From: a virus
Lineage: Duplodnaviria > Caudoviricetes
Length of the DNA stretch: 64,000 bases
Direction: 5' to 3' (one strand)
IMG/VR virus record: IMGVR_UViG_3300025410_000009
This document shows, one piece after another, positions 25,895-37,900 of this stretch. Within the stretch, counting starts at the first letter, position 1. Each line of letters opens with the position of its first letter. The translations under genes and the position numbers were made by a program. The notes under the pieces are model-generated. The model was not told the origin of the DNA, made no database searches, and worked only from the letters and a program-made list of their open reading frames with translations.

Positions 25895-28101
25895 CAACAG
25901 ATAGACGAGTAGGTAAACAAGCGCCCGATCAATTCCGCCGTGAGGAAACAGCCACCAGGCTTGATACCGGGCCCTATATTGGTAAAGTGATGAACAACAT
26001 AGACCCCACTAGATCGGGTCGGTTGCAGGTCTATATACCTGATTTGAGCAGCGGTGACGAAACATCGCAAGGCAATTGGCGAACTGTGGCCTACGCCAGC
26101 CCATTCTTTGGCAGTACCACACAGCCTGACTCTAACAAGCAGAACGCATTCAGCAAGGTACGTCACACCTATGGTTTTTGGGCAGTGCCGCCCGACATTG
26201 GCAACTTTGTGTTATGCACATTTGTTGCTGGTGATCCTGCACGTGGATTTTGGTTTGCCTGTATTCCCAATCAGCTGGGACACATGATGGTACCGGGTAT
26301 TGCTGGCACTTACAAAGTTGATGATGCCACCATCGAAGATGCCAACGTGGCAGCTGCCTACGATTTTGGCCCTACAGTAACATCAGAATTCAATGAAAAC
26401 ACCGGCGATCTTGATTGGTATAAATTTGCATTGCTCAAAAAGCCCATACACGAAGAAATCTTCAAAGTCTTGCTCGAGCAAGGTCTAGAAACCGATTATA
26501 TTCGAGGCATCATATCCAGTAGCAGCCAACGCGAAACTCCCAGCACAGTATTTGGTATGAGTACTCCCGGCAGACCACTCAATGATCCAGCTGGTTCCAG
26601 TACACAGGAAAGCAAAATAGCATCAGGCGACATTGCGCCCGGCGAGTATAAAATTGGTGCTAGAAAAGGTGGCCACACGTTTGTTATGGACGACGGTAAC
26701 TGGCAAGGCAAGGATCAGCTGATACGTCTTCGTACCGCCGGCGGTCACCAGCTGTTGATGAACGACAGCGAGCACATACTTTATATTGGCAACAGCGATG
26801 GCAGTGTCTGGGTTGAAATGACCGGCCCGGGTCACCTGAACATTTTTGCTGCCGCCAGCGTTAATGTGCGAGCACAGGGCGATTTGAATTTCCACGCCGA
26901 CAACGATATAAATTTTCACGCTGGTGGATCATTTAATGTACATGCAGCCAACAGTTTAAATCTACAGAGCACTAAGATAGCAGTAAACTCTGCTCAAGAA
27001 TTGACTTTGTTTGGTGGCAAAGTTGGTGTTGGCAGTAGTGGCGCCATGGATCTCAATGCTTCAGGTCCTGCCAGCTATACCAGTAGCGGAGATAATTTAA
27101 GATTTACTGGCAAGTTGGTAACACTCAATGAAGGTTCCGGGCCTGCTGTTCGTCGCCCTATGGCAATAAAGATGAATGCCTTAAGCGACACCGGCAAAGA
27201 CGGCCTAGTTTGGAAAAGTGTAGACGGAGCTCTAGATACTATTGTACCAATCGCACCCACACACGAACCCTGGAGTTATCATTTGTCAACCAAACTGGCT
27301 GGGTCAGTGAGTGTGACTGCAAAACCACCAGTGGCTCTCCCTGAAGGCGGTACATCCGGCAACACCGCTACGGCCAGTGATGGAGTTACCACTCGCTCGC
27401 TACGCAGCAACAACGTGACATCGGGTGCAGCACCCGCTAAAGACTTGCCGGTTGTGGAGTGTAAGGGTGGCAAACCAGTGGGCGCAGGCCCCGAAGCTGC
27501 ACAGAATCAGGGAGTAAAAAATCCTGTAAACCAGAGTTATCTAAATAGAAATGATAATCCAGCTCCGCCAGGTCCGGTGGGACCACTGACACAAACACAG
27601 ACCAAGGCCTTAATGACACAGCTGGGTTGGAACGAAAGCAGCTTCAACTACGGCGTGGCCAACCAGTACAATTATCTAGGCAAATATCAAGTGGGTGCAC
27701 CGGTGCTGGCTGATCAAGGCTATATCAAACGTGATGCAGTACAATTGTACGGCAACAAAGCAGTTAACTATCCCAACTCATGGACTGGCAAAGACGGAAT
27801 AACCAGCAGGGAAAGTTTCTTGAGCAGTACTGATACACAAGAAAAAGTAATGTATGCCCTGCTAAACTCTAACTACAAGACACTGACTAGAATTGGTGCC
27901 TTGCAGTCAGGAGATGATCTCTGTGCAGTGGCCGGTATGTTGGCAGCCAGCCACTTGATTGGTGCTGGCGGCGCCAAGAACTGGCGCGACACTGGTGGCG
28001 GCAGCGACGCAAACGGCACAACAGGTACTCAGTACTACAACATGGGTCGCTATGCAGTTGATGTGCTGGCAGCTAACAATACCAATAATCAGCAGGCTTA
28101 A
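25891..28101 (+). CDS. gp5: Baseplate central spike with C-terminal lysozyme-like domain
   Basis: N-terminal OB-fold (DPTRSGRLQVYIP, WAVPPDIG), beta-helix (GGHQLLMND), APTHEPW, then NESSFNY...LGKYQ lysozyme-like domain. Confidence 0.85.
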   Translation: MTTDRRVGKQAPDQFRREETATRLDTGPYIGKVMNNIDPTRSGRLQVYIPDLSSGDETSQGNWRTVAYASPFFGSTTQPDSNKQNAFSKVRHTYGFWAVPPDIGNFVLCTFVAGDPARGFWFACIPNQLGHMMVPGIAGTYKVDDATIEDANVAAAYDFGPTVTSEFNENTGDLDWYKFALLKKPIHEEIFKVLLEQGLETDYIRGIISSSSQRETPSTVFGMSTPGRPLNDPAGSSTQESKIASGDIAPGEYKIGARKGGHTFVMDDGNWQGKDQLIRLRTAGGHQLLMNDSEHILYIGNSDGSVWVEMTGPGHLNIFAAASVNVRAQGDLNFHADNDINFHAGGSFNVHAANSLNLQSTKIAVNSAQELTLFGGKVGVGSSGAMDLNASGPASYTSSGDNLRFTGKLVTLNEGSGPAVRRPMAIKMNALSDTGKDGLVWKSVDGALDTIVPIAPTHEPWSYHLSTKLAGSVSVTAKPPVALPEGGTSGNTATASDGVTTRSLRSNNVTSGAAPAKDLPVVECKGGKPVGAGPEAAQNQGVKNPVNQSYLNRNDNPAPPGPVGPLTQTQTKALMTQLGWNESSFNYGVANQYNYLGKYQVGAPVLADQGYIKRDAVQLYGNKAVNYPNSWTGKDGITSRESFLSSTDTQEKVMYALLNSNYKTLTRIGALQSGDDLCAVAGMLAASHLIGAGGAKNWRDTGGGSDANGTTGTQYYNMGRYAVDVLAANNTNNQQA

Positions 28102-28108
28102 ATACAGT

Positions 28109-28483
28109 ATGACTACTACGTACAAGGGATTTAGCACCTACAACCGAATTAATAAATTTCGTTTGACCGATTTTGCCTTGGTCAAACAAGATTTGTTCAA
28201 CAGTTTTCAAATCCGTCAGGGTGAAAAACTAATGAATCCCAGCTTCGGCACCATTATCTGGAACATGATATTTGAGCCATTTACACCAGATGTACGGCAA
28301 GCCATCATCAAAGACATCAAGCGTTTGGCGTCATATGATCCACGCTTGGCAGTGAATTCTGTTGTTGTCACCGAATACGAACAAGGTATACAAATCTCTT
28401 TGGACTTGACCTATATACCAACAAATCAGACCGAACGCATGAACCTGCAGTTTGATCAAAAAACTGGATTACATGCCGGCTGA
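28109..28483 (+). CDS. gp25: Baseplate wedge subunit
   Basis: GEKLMNPSFGTIIW..IFEP, YDPRL motifs. Start revised to 28109, 4 nt after TAAATA (28099-28104). Confidence 0.9.
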   Translation: MTTTYKGFSTYNRINKFRLTDFALVKQDLFNSFQIRQGEKLMNPSFGTIIWNMIFEPFTPDVRQAIIKDIKRLASYDPRLAVNSVVVTEYEQGIQISLDLTYIPTNQTERMNLQFDQKTGLHAG

Positions 28484-28535
28484 TAAACAGCGCATATTTT
28501 AATACAAATAAATACTAGATACTGGGCGTAACCGA

Positions 28536-31500
28536 ATGGCAATCAACACACGACAAAATAGTTTACTGGTAACAGAAAATTGGAAGAAGATCTATCAAAC
28601 CTTCCAAGAAGCTGATTTTACCAGCTATGACTTTGAGACCTTGCGTAAGAGCATGATTGACTACTTGCGCCTGTACTATCCTGAAGATTTCAACGACTTC
28701 ATTGAAAGCAGCGAATTTGTTGCCTTGATTGACCTAATAGCTTTCATGGGTCAAAGTCTTGCCTTCCGGACCGACTTGAATGCTCGTGAAAACTTTATTG
28801 ACACCGCTGAACGTCGCGACAGTATTCTTAAACTGGCACGCTTAATCAGTTACAACCCCAAACGCAACATAGCCGCCAGCGGATTGTTAAAAATACAAAG
28901 CATAAACACCACAGAAACCTTGTACGACAGCAATGGTTTGAATCTCAGTGGCCTAGTGGTCAACTGGAACGATCAAAGCAACGACAATTGGCTAGAGCAA
29001 TTTACCACAATTCTTAATGCTGCCTTGGTCACTAGCCAAGTGGTGGGCAAGCCCGGTAATTCACAAACCATCAATGGCATACTCACTGAAGAATATGCAC
29101 TGAATCTTATACCTAATGTGTTGGGTGTGTATGCGTTTAGAAGTCAAGTTGAAGACAGCACATTTGACTTTGAAGCAGTCAGTGCAACCAGTGCTGGTCA
29201 ACCCTACATTTACGAAGTTCCTCCCAGCTCATCGTCGATATTTAATTTGTTGTATCGCAACGACAACTACGGCAATGGATCAACCAATACTGGATTTTTT
29301 GTATACTTCAAGCAAGGTACATTGACCAGCAAAGATTTTAATTTAGCAGACTCGCTACCGAATCGTGTGGTGCCGTTTACCGACGGCGATGTAAATAACT
29401 CTGATGTTTGGTTGTATAGCCTAGATACCAACAACAACATACAAAATTTGTGGACTCAAGTGCCAGCCGTGAGTGGCACCGGCATCAATGTGATTTACAA
29501 CAAACAAAGCCAGCGCAACCTGTATCAAGTCAACACCAAGGTTGGAGATCAAATTGATCTAGTGTTTGGTGATGGCAGTTTTGCCAACATCCCAATTGGA
29601 CCATTTAGAACTTACTACAGAACCAGCAATGGTCTGTCGTACAAGATCACTCCAGCTGAGATGTCAAACATCATTATAACATTCACCTATGTCAGTAGAA
29701 CCGGGCGTAGTGAAACACTGTCTATCACTGCCAGTTTGCAGTACACAGTGAACAATGCTGCATCTAGAGAAACTGCAGCCGACATAAAACAAAACGCACC
29801 GCAGCAGTACTATACTCAAAACCGCATGATCACCGGGGAAGATTACAATATTCTTCCTTTTACCAGTTTTACCACTGTGGTCAAGGCCAAAGGCATCAAT
29901 AGAACCAGCTCGGGTATCAGTCGTTATCTTGATACCTTAGATCCCAGCGGCAAGTACTCTAGTACAAATATTTTTGCTGCTGACGGCCTTCTGTATCAGG
30001 ATGATGGTATCAAGACTTTTAGTTTTACAGTATCGTCGTTTACCAATGTCATGAACATTGTGAACCAGCAAGTGGCCAAGGACATTGTGGCCTCCACCGA
30101 ACTGCAGCAATTCTATTATTCATATATTGTAAAACCCAATCAGTCTGAATATTTGCCCACTGGCTACACCTGGCATTTGAGCACAGTGGGCAGTAATGCT
30201 GCCACTGGTTATTTTGTGTTCAATAATAGACCTGCACAAATTGGTTCAATTGTGCAAAACAATGCCAAGTACTTGGCCAAAGGCGCCATAGTTAGATTTG
30301 CAGCACAGGATGGTTATCATTTTGATGCCACCAATAACATGCTGCCTGGATCAGTTTTGTCGGTTACTGACAAAAAATATATCTATGCTGCTGTGGTTGA
30401 GGTGCTGGGCGATGGTACCAACTCGGGTGCTGGTAACTTTGCCAACGGTCAAGGGCCTGTGACTTTGAACATCAAAGTGCCTGCAGGTGCTGTAATTGAT
30501 GCAGTATATCCAGTTTGGAAAAACAATTTCAGCAATACATTTGTGAGTCAAGTAGTTGGCTTGATCAACGGATTTAAAAACTTTGGCATTGGTTATGACA
30601 GCATGACCCAGACCTGGAGAATCATCACCAGCGACAATTTAAACATCACTGGCACATTTGGCAACTACGAAGGTGACACCAGTGGCACTGGACTAGATGA
30701 CAATTGGCTGATACGCTTCTCGTTTGATGGAGCCACTTATACAGCGTTTTATCGCGGCTTGTCGTACATTTTCCAAAGTGCTGGTGAAACCACATTCTAC
30801 TATGATCCCAAACTAAAAGTTTACGATCCCAAGTCGGGTACTGTGCTACAAGATCAAATCACTGTGCTAAAAACCAATTCGTCGGCTGCAGCACCAACAC
30901 CCATTGGCAGTGATTACACTTGGTATGTGTACAAAAACTTAATTGCCGATGACGGTTTTGTAAACCAAGACAAAGTTTTTGTAACCTATGCTGACACCAA
31001 CAATGATGGCATTCCTGACAATCCTGATCTGTTTGGTGACATTGTTGACGCTCCTGCACAATATGTTTATTTTAAATCAGTCACTGGCTACAACAGATTT
31101 AACGATCTAGTGGCAGTGGACAATACCACAGTATGCAGTCTTTATCCGACTCTGATCGCCATTGGCAATCATGTAAATTTATTCACCAATGGTCAGTTGT
31201 TTTATGCCACTGCAGAAGATGCATTCTACCAATTGTCAAGCGGCACGCTGGTGGCATTGAGCAATTACCAAATGCGAGTGGGACGACAAAACTTGATGTT
31301 CCAGTATCGCCATAACAGTCCTGATTATCGCAGAATTGATCCTAGCTCGACCAATATTGTCAATTTGTATCTTTTGACTTCGACCTATTCAACCGATTAC
31401 TTCAACTGGATACGCGACACCAGCAATACCATTGCCATGCCCAGTCAGCCAACTCCGCAAGAACTAAGCGACAGTTATGGTGCAACACTGACCAATCTAC

Positions 31501-31937
31501 GCAGCATAAGCGACACCATAGTGTTTAATAGTGCAGTCTTTAAACCCATCTTTGGATACAAAGCCGACTATGCTTTGCAGGCAAAATTCCAAGTGATTAA
31601 AAACCCTAGCATTTCTACCAGCGATAACGATATTAAAACATCAGTGATCAATGCTATCAATGCTTACTTTGATATCAGCAACTGGGACTTTGGCGAAACA
31701 TTCTACTTTAGTGAATTGAGCGCTTACTTGCACCAGGCCCTAGTACCCAGCATAGCATCTATCATCATGGTGCCCATGGACAGCTCGGCCACATTTGGCA
31801 GTCTGTATCAAATAAATGCCGAACCCAACGAAATTATTGTTAGTGCAGCCACAGTAGAAAATGTGGAAATAATCACTGCAATCACTGCAAGTCAATTGAA
31901 CGTAAATCTTTCAAACATAAACAACAGCGTGTTTTAA
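28536..31937 (+). CDS. gp6: Baseplate wedge subunit, enlarged (1133 aa)
   Basis: DFTSYDFETLR, ENFIDTAERRDSILKLA..ISYNPKR, LVFGDG, QNRMITGEDY motifs; late promoter core at 28509-28514. Confidence 0.88.
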   Translation: MAINTRQNSLLVTENWKKIYQTFQEADFTSYDFETLRKSMIDYLRLYYPEDFNDFIESSEFVALIDLIAFMGQSLAFRTDLNARENFIDTAERRDSILKLARLISYNPKRNIAASGLLKIQSINTTETLYDSNGLNLSGLVVNWNDQSNDNWLEQFTTILNAALVTSQVVGKPGNSQTINGILTEEYALNLIPNVLGVYAFRSQVEDSTFDFEAVSATSAGQPYIYEVPPSSSSIFNLLYRNDNYGNGSTNTGFFVYFKQGTLTSKDFNLADSLPNRVVPFTDGDVNNSDVWLYSLDTNNNIQNLWTQVPAVSGTGINVIYNKQSQRNLYQVNTKVGDQIDLVFGDGSFANIPIGPFRTYYRTSNGLSYKITPAEMSNIIITFTYVSRTGRSETLSITASLQYTVNNAASRETAADIKQNAPQQYYTQNRMITGEDYNILPFTSFTTVVKAKGINRTSSGISRYLDTLDPSGKYSSTNIFAADGLLYQDDGIKTFSFTVSSFTNVMNIVNQQVAKDIVASTELQQFYYSYIVKPNQSEYLPTGYTWHLSTVGSNAATGYFVFNNRPAQIGSIVQNNAKYLAKGAIVRFAAQDGYHFDATNNMLPGSVLSVTDKKYIYAAVVEVLGDGTNSGAGNFANGQGPVTLNIKVPAGAVIDAVYPVWKNNFSNTFVSQVVGLINGFKNFGIGYDSMTQTWRIITSDNLNITGTFGNYEGDTSGTGLDDNWLIRFSFDGATYTAFYRGLSYIFQSAGETTFYYDPKLKVYDPKSGTVLQDQITVLKTNSSAAAPTPIGSDYTWYVYKNLIADDGFVNQDKVFVTYADTNNDGIPDNPDLFGDIVDAPAQYVYFKSVTGYNRFNDLVAVDNTTVCSLYPTLIAIGNHVNLFTNGQLFYATAEDAFYQLSSGTLVALSNYQMRVGRQNLMFQYRHNSPDYRRIDPSSTNIVNLYLLTSTYSTDYFNWIRDTSNTIAMPSQPTPQELSDSYGATLTNLRSISDTIVFNSAVFKPIFGYKADYALQAKFQVIKNPSISTSDNDIKTSVINAINAYFDISNWDFGETFYFSELSAYLHQALVPSIASIIMVPMDSSATFGSLYQINAEPNEIIVSAATVENVEIITAITASQLNVNLSNINNSVF

Positions 31938-34900
31938 ATGCCAATAACAAGAACCCTAGATTTTTTACCTGGTATATTTCGTACCGAAACAAACAAAAAG
32001 TTTCTTTCGGCCACACTAGATCAGCTGGTCAGCGAACCCGAATTCACCAGACTTAACGGTTACATTGGCAGAAAGTTTGCGCCCACCTACCAAGCCGGCG
32101 ACAGTTACATTGCTGAAGTCAACAGCGACCGCCAGAACTATCAACTTGAGCCCAGTGTGGTTGTGAAAGATAGTTCGAATCAAATCACATACTACAGCAG
32201 TTATACTGATTTAATCAATATTGTTTCCTACTACGGCGGCAAAACCACCAATCACGACCGACTGTTTGAGTCTGAGTATTACAGCTATGACGGCAAATTT
32301 GACTATGACAAGTTTGTAAACTTTGGTCAATACTACTGGTTGCCCAATGGCCCTGACCCTATTGCTATCAAATCAACCTTGGTTGCCAGCCAAGAAACGT
32401 TTGGGGTAACTCGCAACACCGGCACAAACGAATTTGTATTGTCGGGTCAGCCAGTGCCCAATCCTGACATTACTCTGCTGCGTGGTGGTCTTTATAAATT
32501 TCAAGTCAGCTCGCCCGGTACTGGATTTTGGATTCAGACCGAACCCGGGGTCGCCGGCTTTAAAAAGTCTGCACCCACAGTTTCAAGCCGCGTGATTGCT
32601 GGAGTCACCAACAACGGTCGCGACAACGGCACAATCGAATTTTCAGTACCAGCCAGCGACTCACAAGATTTGTATCTTAAAATGCCAGTGGTTGGTTCAA
32701 TTGATTATGCCATCGATGTTCCATTTGCTGCGCTTGACAATCTTGATTGGGGAGACGTAGTTCAAAATTACAACGGACTAGATGGCATGACCATCAGCCC
32801 AGTTAACAAGTTGGTTATATTTTTAAACATCAACGGCGATGATGCTGAATGGACTAGACAGGATGGTTCCATAGTCCCAGCAAATCAACGCCGCGGTGTT
32901 TGGCGTGTGCATCTTGTTGACAATAGATTTACTCTACAGTATGTTAGAGACATACCAGTTAATTCTAAAGTATATGTTCGTAGTGGTCGCACACATGCCG
33001 ACATTGAATACTATCACGACATCATCAATGAATTTATTCCGGTGCCGGCCCTAACTGCACAGCTTGATACCTTGTACTATCAAGATGCTGCCGATCCTGG
33101 CATGTATGGTCGTATTCGTATTGTTGATGAAATACTGGATGCTATCAATGTCACTGAATTTATCCTAGGCAAGCCACGCTACACCAGCCCAAGTGGTGTA
33201 GTATTCTCTAATGGCATGTTGGTGACTTTTGACAGCAACACTATGCCAGCCCAGTACGCCAATAACACCTTTGTTGTTGAAGGTGTAGGGACTGGTATTA
33301 CTCTGACTGAATTTAGCCGCCTGGTGACTCCTGAGGTCAAACAAGAAGGCGAAACTGTATTGCAACCTGACTATTTTGTTTGCAATCGTGGTAGCTTGGA
33401 TTTAAATGCATGGGCTCGAGGAAATCGTTGGTTCCACAGTGACATCATTATTGCCAGTGCTGCAGCCAATGGTACTGTACCATTGTTTGATCAAACCGCT
33501 CGAGCCAAACGACCCATCATTGAATTTGAAACAAACTTGCAATTGTTTAACAATGGTAGAATTGGCAAACGTCCAGTTGATCAAATCGTCACCAGTATCA
33601 CAGATGCATTTAACCAAGTTGAACACTACAATAAATTGACTGTGGGTGATGTTGTTTTCAACGTTGGTGATAGAGTTTTATTTGTCAATGACATTGATCC
33701 GGTGGTACGTGGCCAAGTGTATGTTGTGGCCTACGGCATTAAGCCCGACCCAACATATCAGTCAATATATGACGGCACTGGCACTGGTACCATTTCAGTT
33801 GTGGGTACTGCAGTGACCGGAACTGACACCGCATTTGTTGCCGAATTACAAGTAGGTAGTTGTTTGTACTCACCTGATTCGGGTATAGTTATCGGTGTTG
33901 TGGCCGAAATTGCTAGCGATACCGAACTAACTTTGGTTTCAGCTGGCACAGCAACTGACTCGGCATTTTTGTATCGCAATCCCAAATTGCAACTATTGGT
34001 ATCGCCTGATGCTGATGATTCCTTGTTGGAATTTGACACCATAGTGGCCACCAGCGGCAGCAATGCCGGTGTCACATATTGGTATAATGGCACCGTATGG
34101 CATGTGGCGCAACAAAAAACAGCAATAAATCAAGCACCGCAATTTGATGCTTATGACTACAACAATAACAGTTACAGTACTTACCTGTCATCAAATTTCA
34201 CAGGAACATCAATTTTTTCTTATGGTGTTGGTAGCGGTGTTACTGATACTGTATTGGGTTTTCCACTGGCCTATAGCAATGGCACTGGTACCATTGCTGA
34301 CATCAGCTTTGTCAATAACTTTGATGTTGACACGTTCCAATACACAGTTGGCAAGTCTTTGGTGAAAAAATCTATCAATCTAGGTTACATAAGAAAAAAT
34401 CTAGATCGTTATAACTTTGTTAAAGAGAATGTTTGGAATACTGTAAAAGAAAATACCAAACAGTATCAAATTATCAGCAATACTTTTTCTACAACCAACT
34501 ACTTTGAAATAGATGTGTTGCCCAATACCGCAGCAACCATTCCCTATATCAAAGTATTTGTAAACAATGTATTACAAGACACCGCTAACTATCGTGTGAC
34601 CACAGTTGAATCTATTAATGCTGTGGAAATCTTGACCACTCTTGCAGTTGGCGACAAAATTGATATTTTGATTTATAGCGATAGTACCAGCACACTGGGC
34701 TATTATCAAATTCCAAGTAACTTGGATTACAACAGTGAAAATCAAAGTTTACCCACTATAACACTGGGTCAAATACGTAACCATATGACCACATTGGCCC
34801 AAAACAGTTTTGGGTTAAACGGTGCAGCGCCTGGAATCCACAATTTTAGAGATCTAAACATTAAATTGCAAGGCGGCGATTTACTGCAGCACTCGGCACC

Positions 34901-37900
34901 CACAATATATGCCAGCTTGTTCTTGATTGACAATCAAGCAAATTTTGTCAACGGCGTTGACTATGCACGCCGTGAGTATACCAAATTTAAAAACAAATTT
35001 GTAGAGCTAGCAACCACAATGTCAGGCCTAGATCACAACAATGTTTCGGCCAGCGTGGACCAAATTTTAACAACCATTAATCAGGTTAAAAACAATTCGT
35101 TTCCATGGTACTACAGCGACATGGTACCATACGGACAATACACAAGTACCGCGTATACTGTTGTGACCTTGTTAAGCAAACAATACAAGATCAGTGCAAT
35201 TTACGATCAGACACTACTACAAAGTCGTGCAGTCTTGGTTTATTTGAACAATCGGCTGTTGACAAAAGATCGCGACTACACATTCGATCCAGCTAAACCA
35301 GCTATATACATATCCGATTCAGTTGAATTGACCATTGGCGCAAAATTAGAAATTCGTGAATACAACACCGACGGAAACTACATTCCTGAAACTCCCACCA
35401 AGTTGGGTCTATATCCCAAATTCTTACCACAAATTGTTGAGGATGACACCTACCGTACCACAATCAATGTGATACAGGGACATGACGGCAGTTTAACTCC
35501 GGTGTTTGGTGACTATCGTGATGACTTTTTACTAGAACTTGAAACTAGAATCTACAACAACATCAAGGCCAACCATGATATTGCTGCTGTAGATGTTAGA
35601 TCGTATGTGCCCGGACGATTTAGAACCACCGACTATTCATTGGCTGAATTCAGTGACATTATTGGATCTGCATTTTTAAAATGGGCCGGCGTAAACTCAG
35701 TTGACTACACTTCAAATTCCTATTTCTCTAGTAGCGATCCGTTTACCTATAACTATCAGTCGGCCACTGACAAAATTTATAATCAAACTCTGCCTGGATA
35801 CTGGAGAGGCATTTATAGATATTTCTACGACACTGATAGACCGCACACTCATCCCTGGGAAATGTTGGGCTTTAGTCAAATGCCCACGTGGTGGACTGAT
35901 CAATATGGTCCTGCACCGTACACATCGGGCAACTTGCCGCTATGGTCCGACCTAGAACTTGGTATCATACAAGCAGGCGAACGTGCTGGCATTGACCCAG
36001 TGTATGCTAGACCCGGCTTGTCTAAAGTATTACCAGTTGATGACCAAGGCAACTTGTTGCCACCTTTGGGTACACTGACACTACAATTTAGTACCGGCAA
36101 AGCCAGTCAAGCGTTTGCTATTGGCGATGGTGGTCCTGCAGAATCTGCATGGCGCAGATCCAGTGAGTATCCTTATGCATTGCAACAGGCTGTAGCCCTA
36201 ATGAAACCGGCAAGATACTTTGCCACAATGTACAATACCAACGAGTATTATAGACATCCCACTATCAATCAGTTTGTGACCACAGACACAAATCGTAGAG
36301 TGACACCAGCTGATATAACACTCAATGGCGAACCAGTCAACGGCACAGTCACTCGTGCCAATGGATATGTTAACTACGTGCTAGATTATTTGACCAGTTT
36401 AGGCATATCGGCCACGACAAAAGTACGTGCCATGTTGGACAACTTGTCGGTGCAGCTCACTTACAAAGTTGCTGGCTATACTGACACTGGGTATTTGACT
36501 GTGCTGGCCGAACAATACAGTCCCACCAGCACCAATGCATCAGTGGTAATACCAGATCAAAATTACAACATCTACTTGAACAAAGGTGTACCGACACGCC
36601 GTGTTGCCTACAGCGCAATCATTGTTGAAAAGACCACTACTGGTTATAGTGTGCGTGGTTACAACACTGATAATCCTTATTTTATCATGATACCCAGCGA
36701 GACCGCTGGGCCCAGTTACACCATTACATCCGGTACTGTTTCTGCAGTCATATACCAAAATTTTGTGCCCATCACAGTAAGAGTGCCGTATGGTCAACAG
36801 TTTGCCACCAAGCAACAATTGGTTGACTTCTTGATCAGCTATCAACGCTATTTGATATATCAAGGATTTGTATTTGAAGATTATAGTTCAGATCTTGGCC
36901 AAACACAAGATTGGGCCTTGAGCGCTCTAGAATTCCTGGGTTGGACTCTACAGGGCTGGCGTCCTGGCAGCATACTAGTGTTGAGTCCATGTGAGACTAA
37001 ACTTACAATCAACACCAGCTTTGCATCAATTGACGAGATCACCAACAGTGCCAATAACAGTCGAGTACTGGACACCAATTTCAATGTGATCCGCACCACT
37101 GAATTAACAGTCATGCGTGACTTTGATATCAATCAAACTGTAATACAGTCAGTGACTGGACGTACCATTGCATTTGCTGAATTGAATTTGGTACAATTTG
37201 AACATGTGTTGGTGTTTGACAACATTGATATCTTTGGTGATGTTATATACCAACCACAGTCGGGCAGCAGACAATTTAGATTGAAGCTGATTGGTGACAA
37301 AACTGCAAACTGGGCCGGGGCATTGAACCCACCAGGATTCATCTATAACAGTAACCGTGTTGACAGTTGGCAGCAAGGGTTGGACTATCTCAAAGGAGAT
37401 GTAGTAACTTACAAGAATTACTACTATGTGGCCACACAAGATATACCAGCCGAAACCAGTTTTACAATTGCGTATTGGAAACTGATCAACAAGACCGATA
37501 TCAAGACAGGCCTGTTGCCCAACTTTGCCAACAATGCTGGTCGCTTCATTGATTTTTATGATGTTGATGCTACAACACTAAACAAACAGTTTAACCAATA
37601 CAGTTCGGGCCTAATAGGATTTAGACCCAGAGCTTATCTAGATGATTTGAGTGTTGACCATAATAGCCAAATCAAGTTCTATCAAGGCTATATCAAAGAC
37701 AAAGGTACCAAGAACGCAGTCAATGCGCTACTAAATGCCGAGTTCAACAACTTGTCGAGCGATGTTTCATACTATGAAGAATGGGCTGTGCGTGTGGGCG
37801 AGTACGGTGCACAGAATACCAATCAGCTGGTGTCCATGATCATCGACGAGTCCATGGTCAAATCCAATCCTGTTGGCTTGGCCATACTCGCCCCGGGCCA

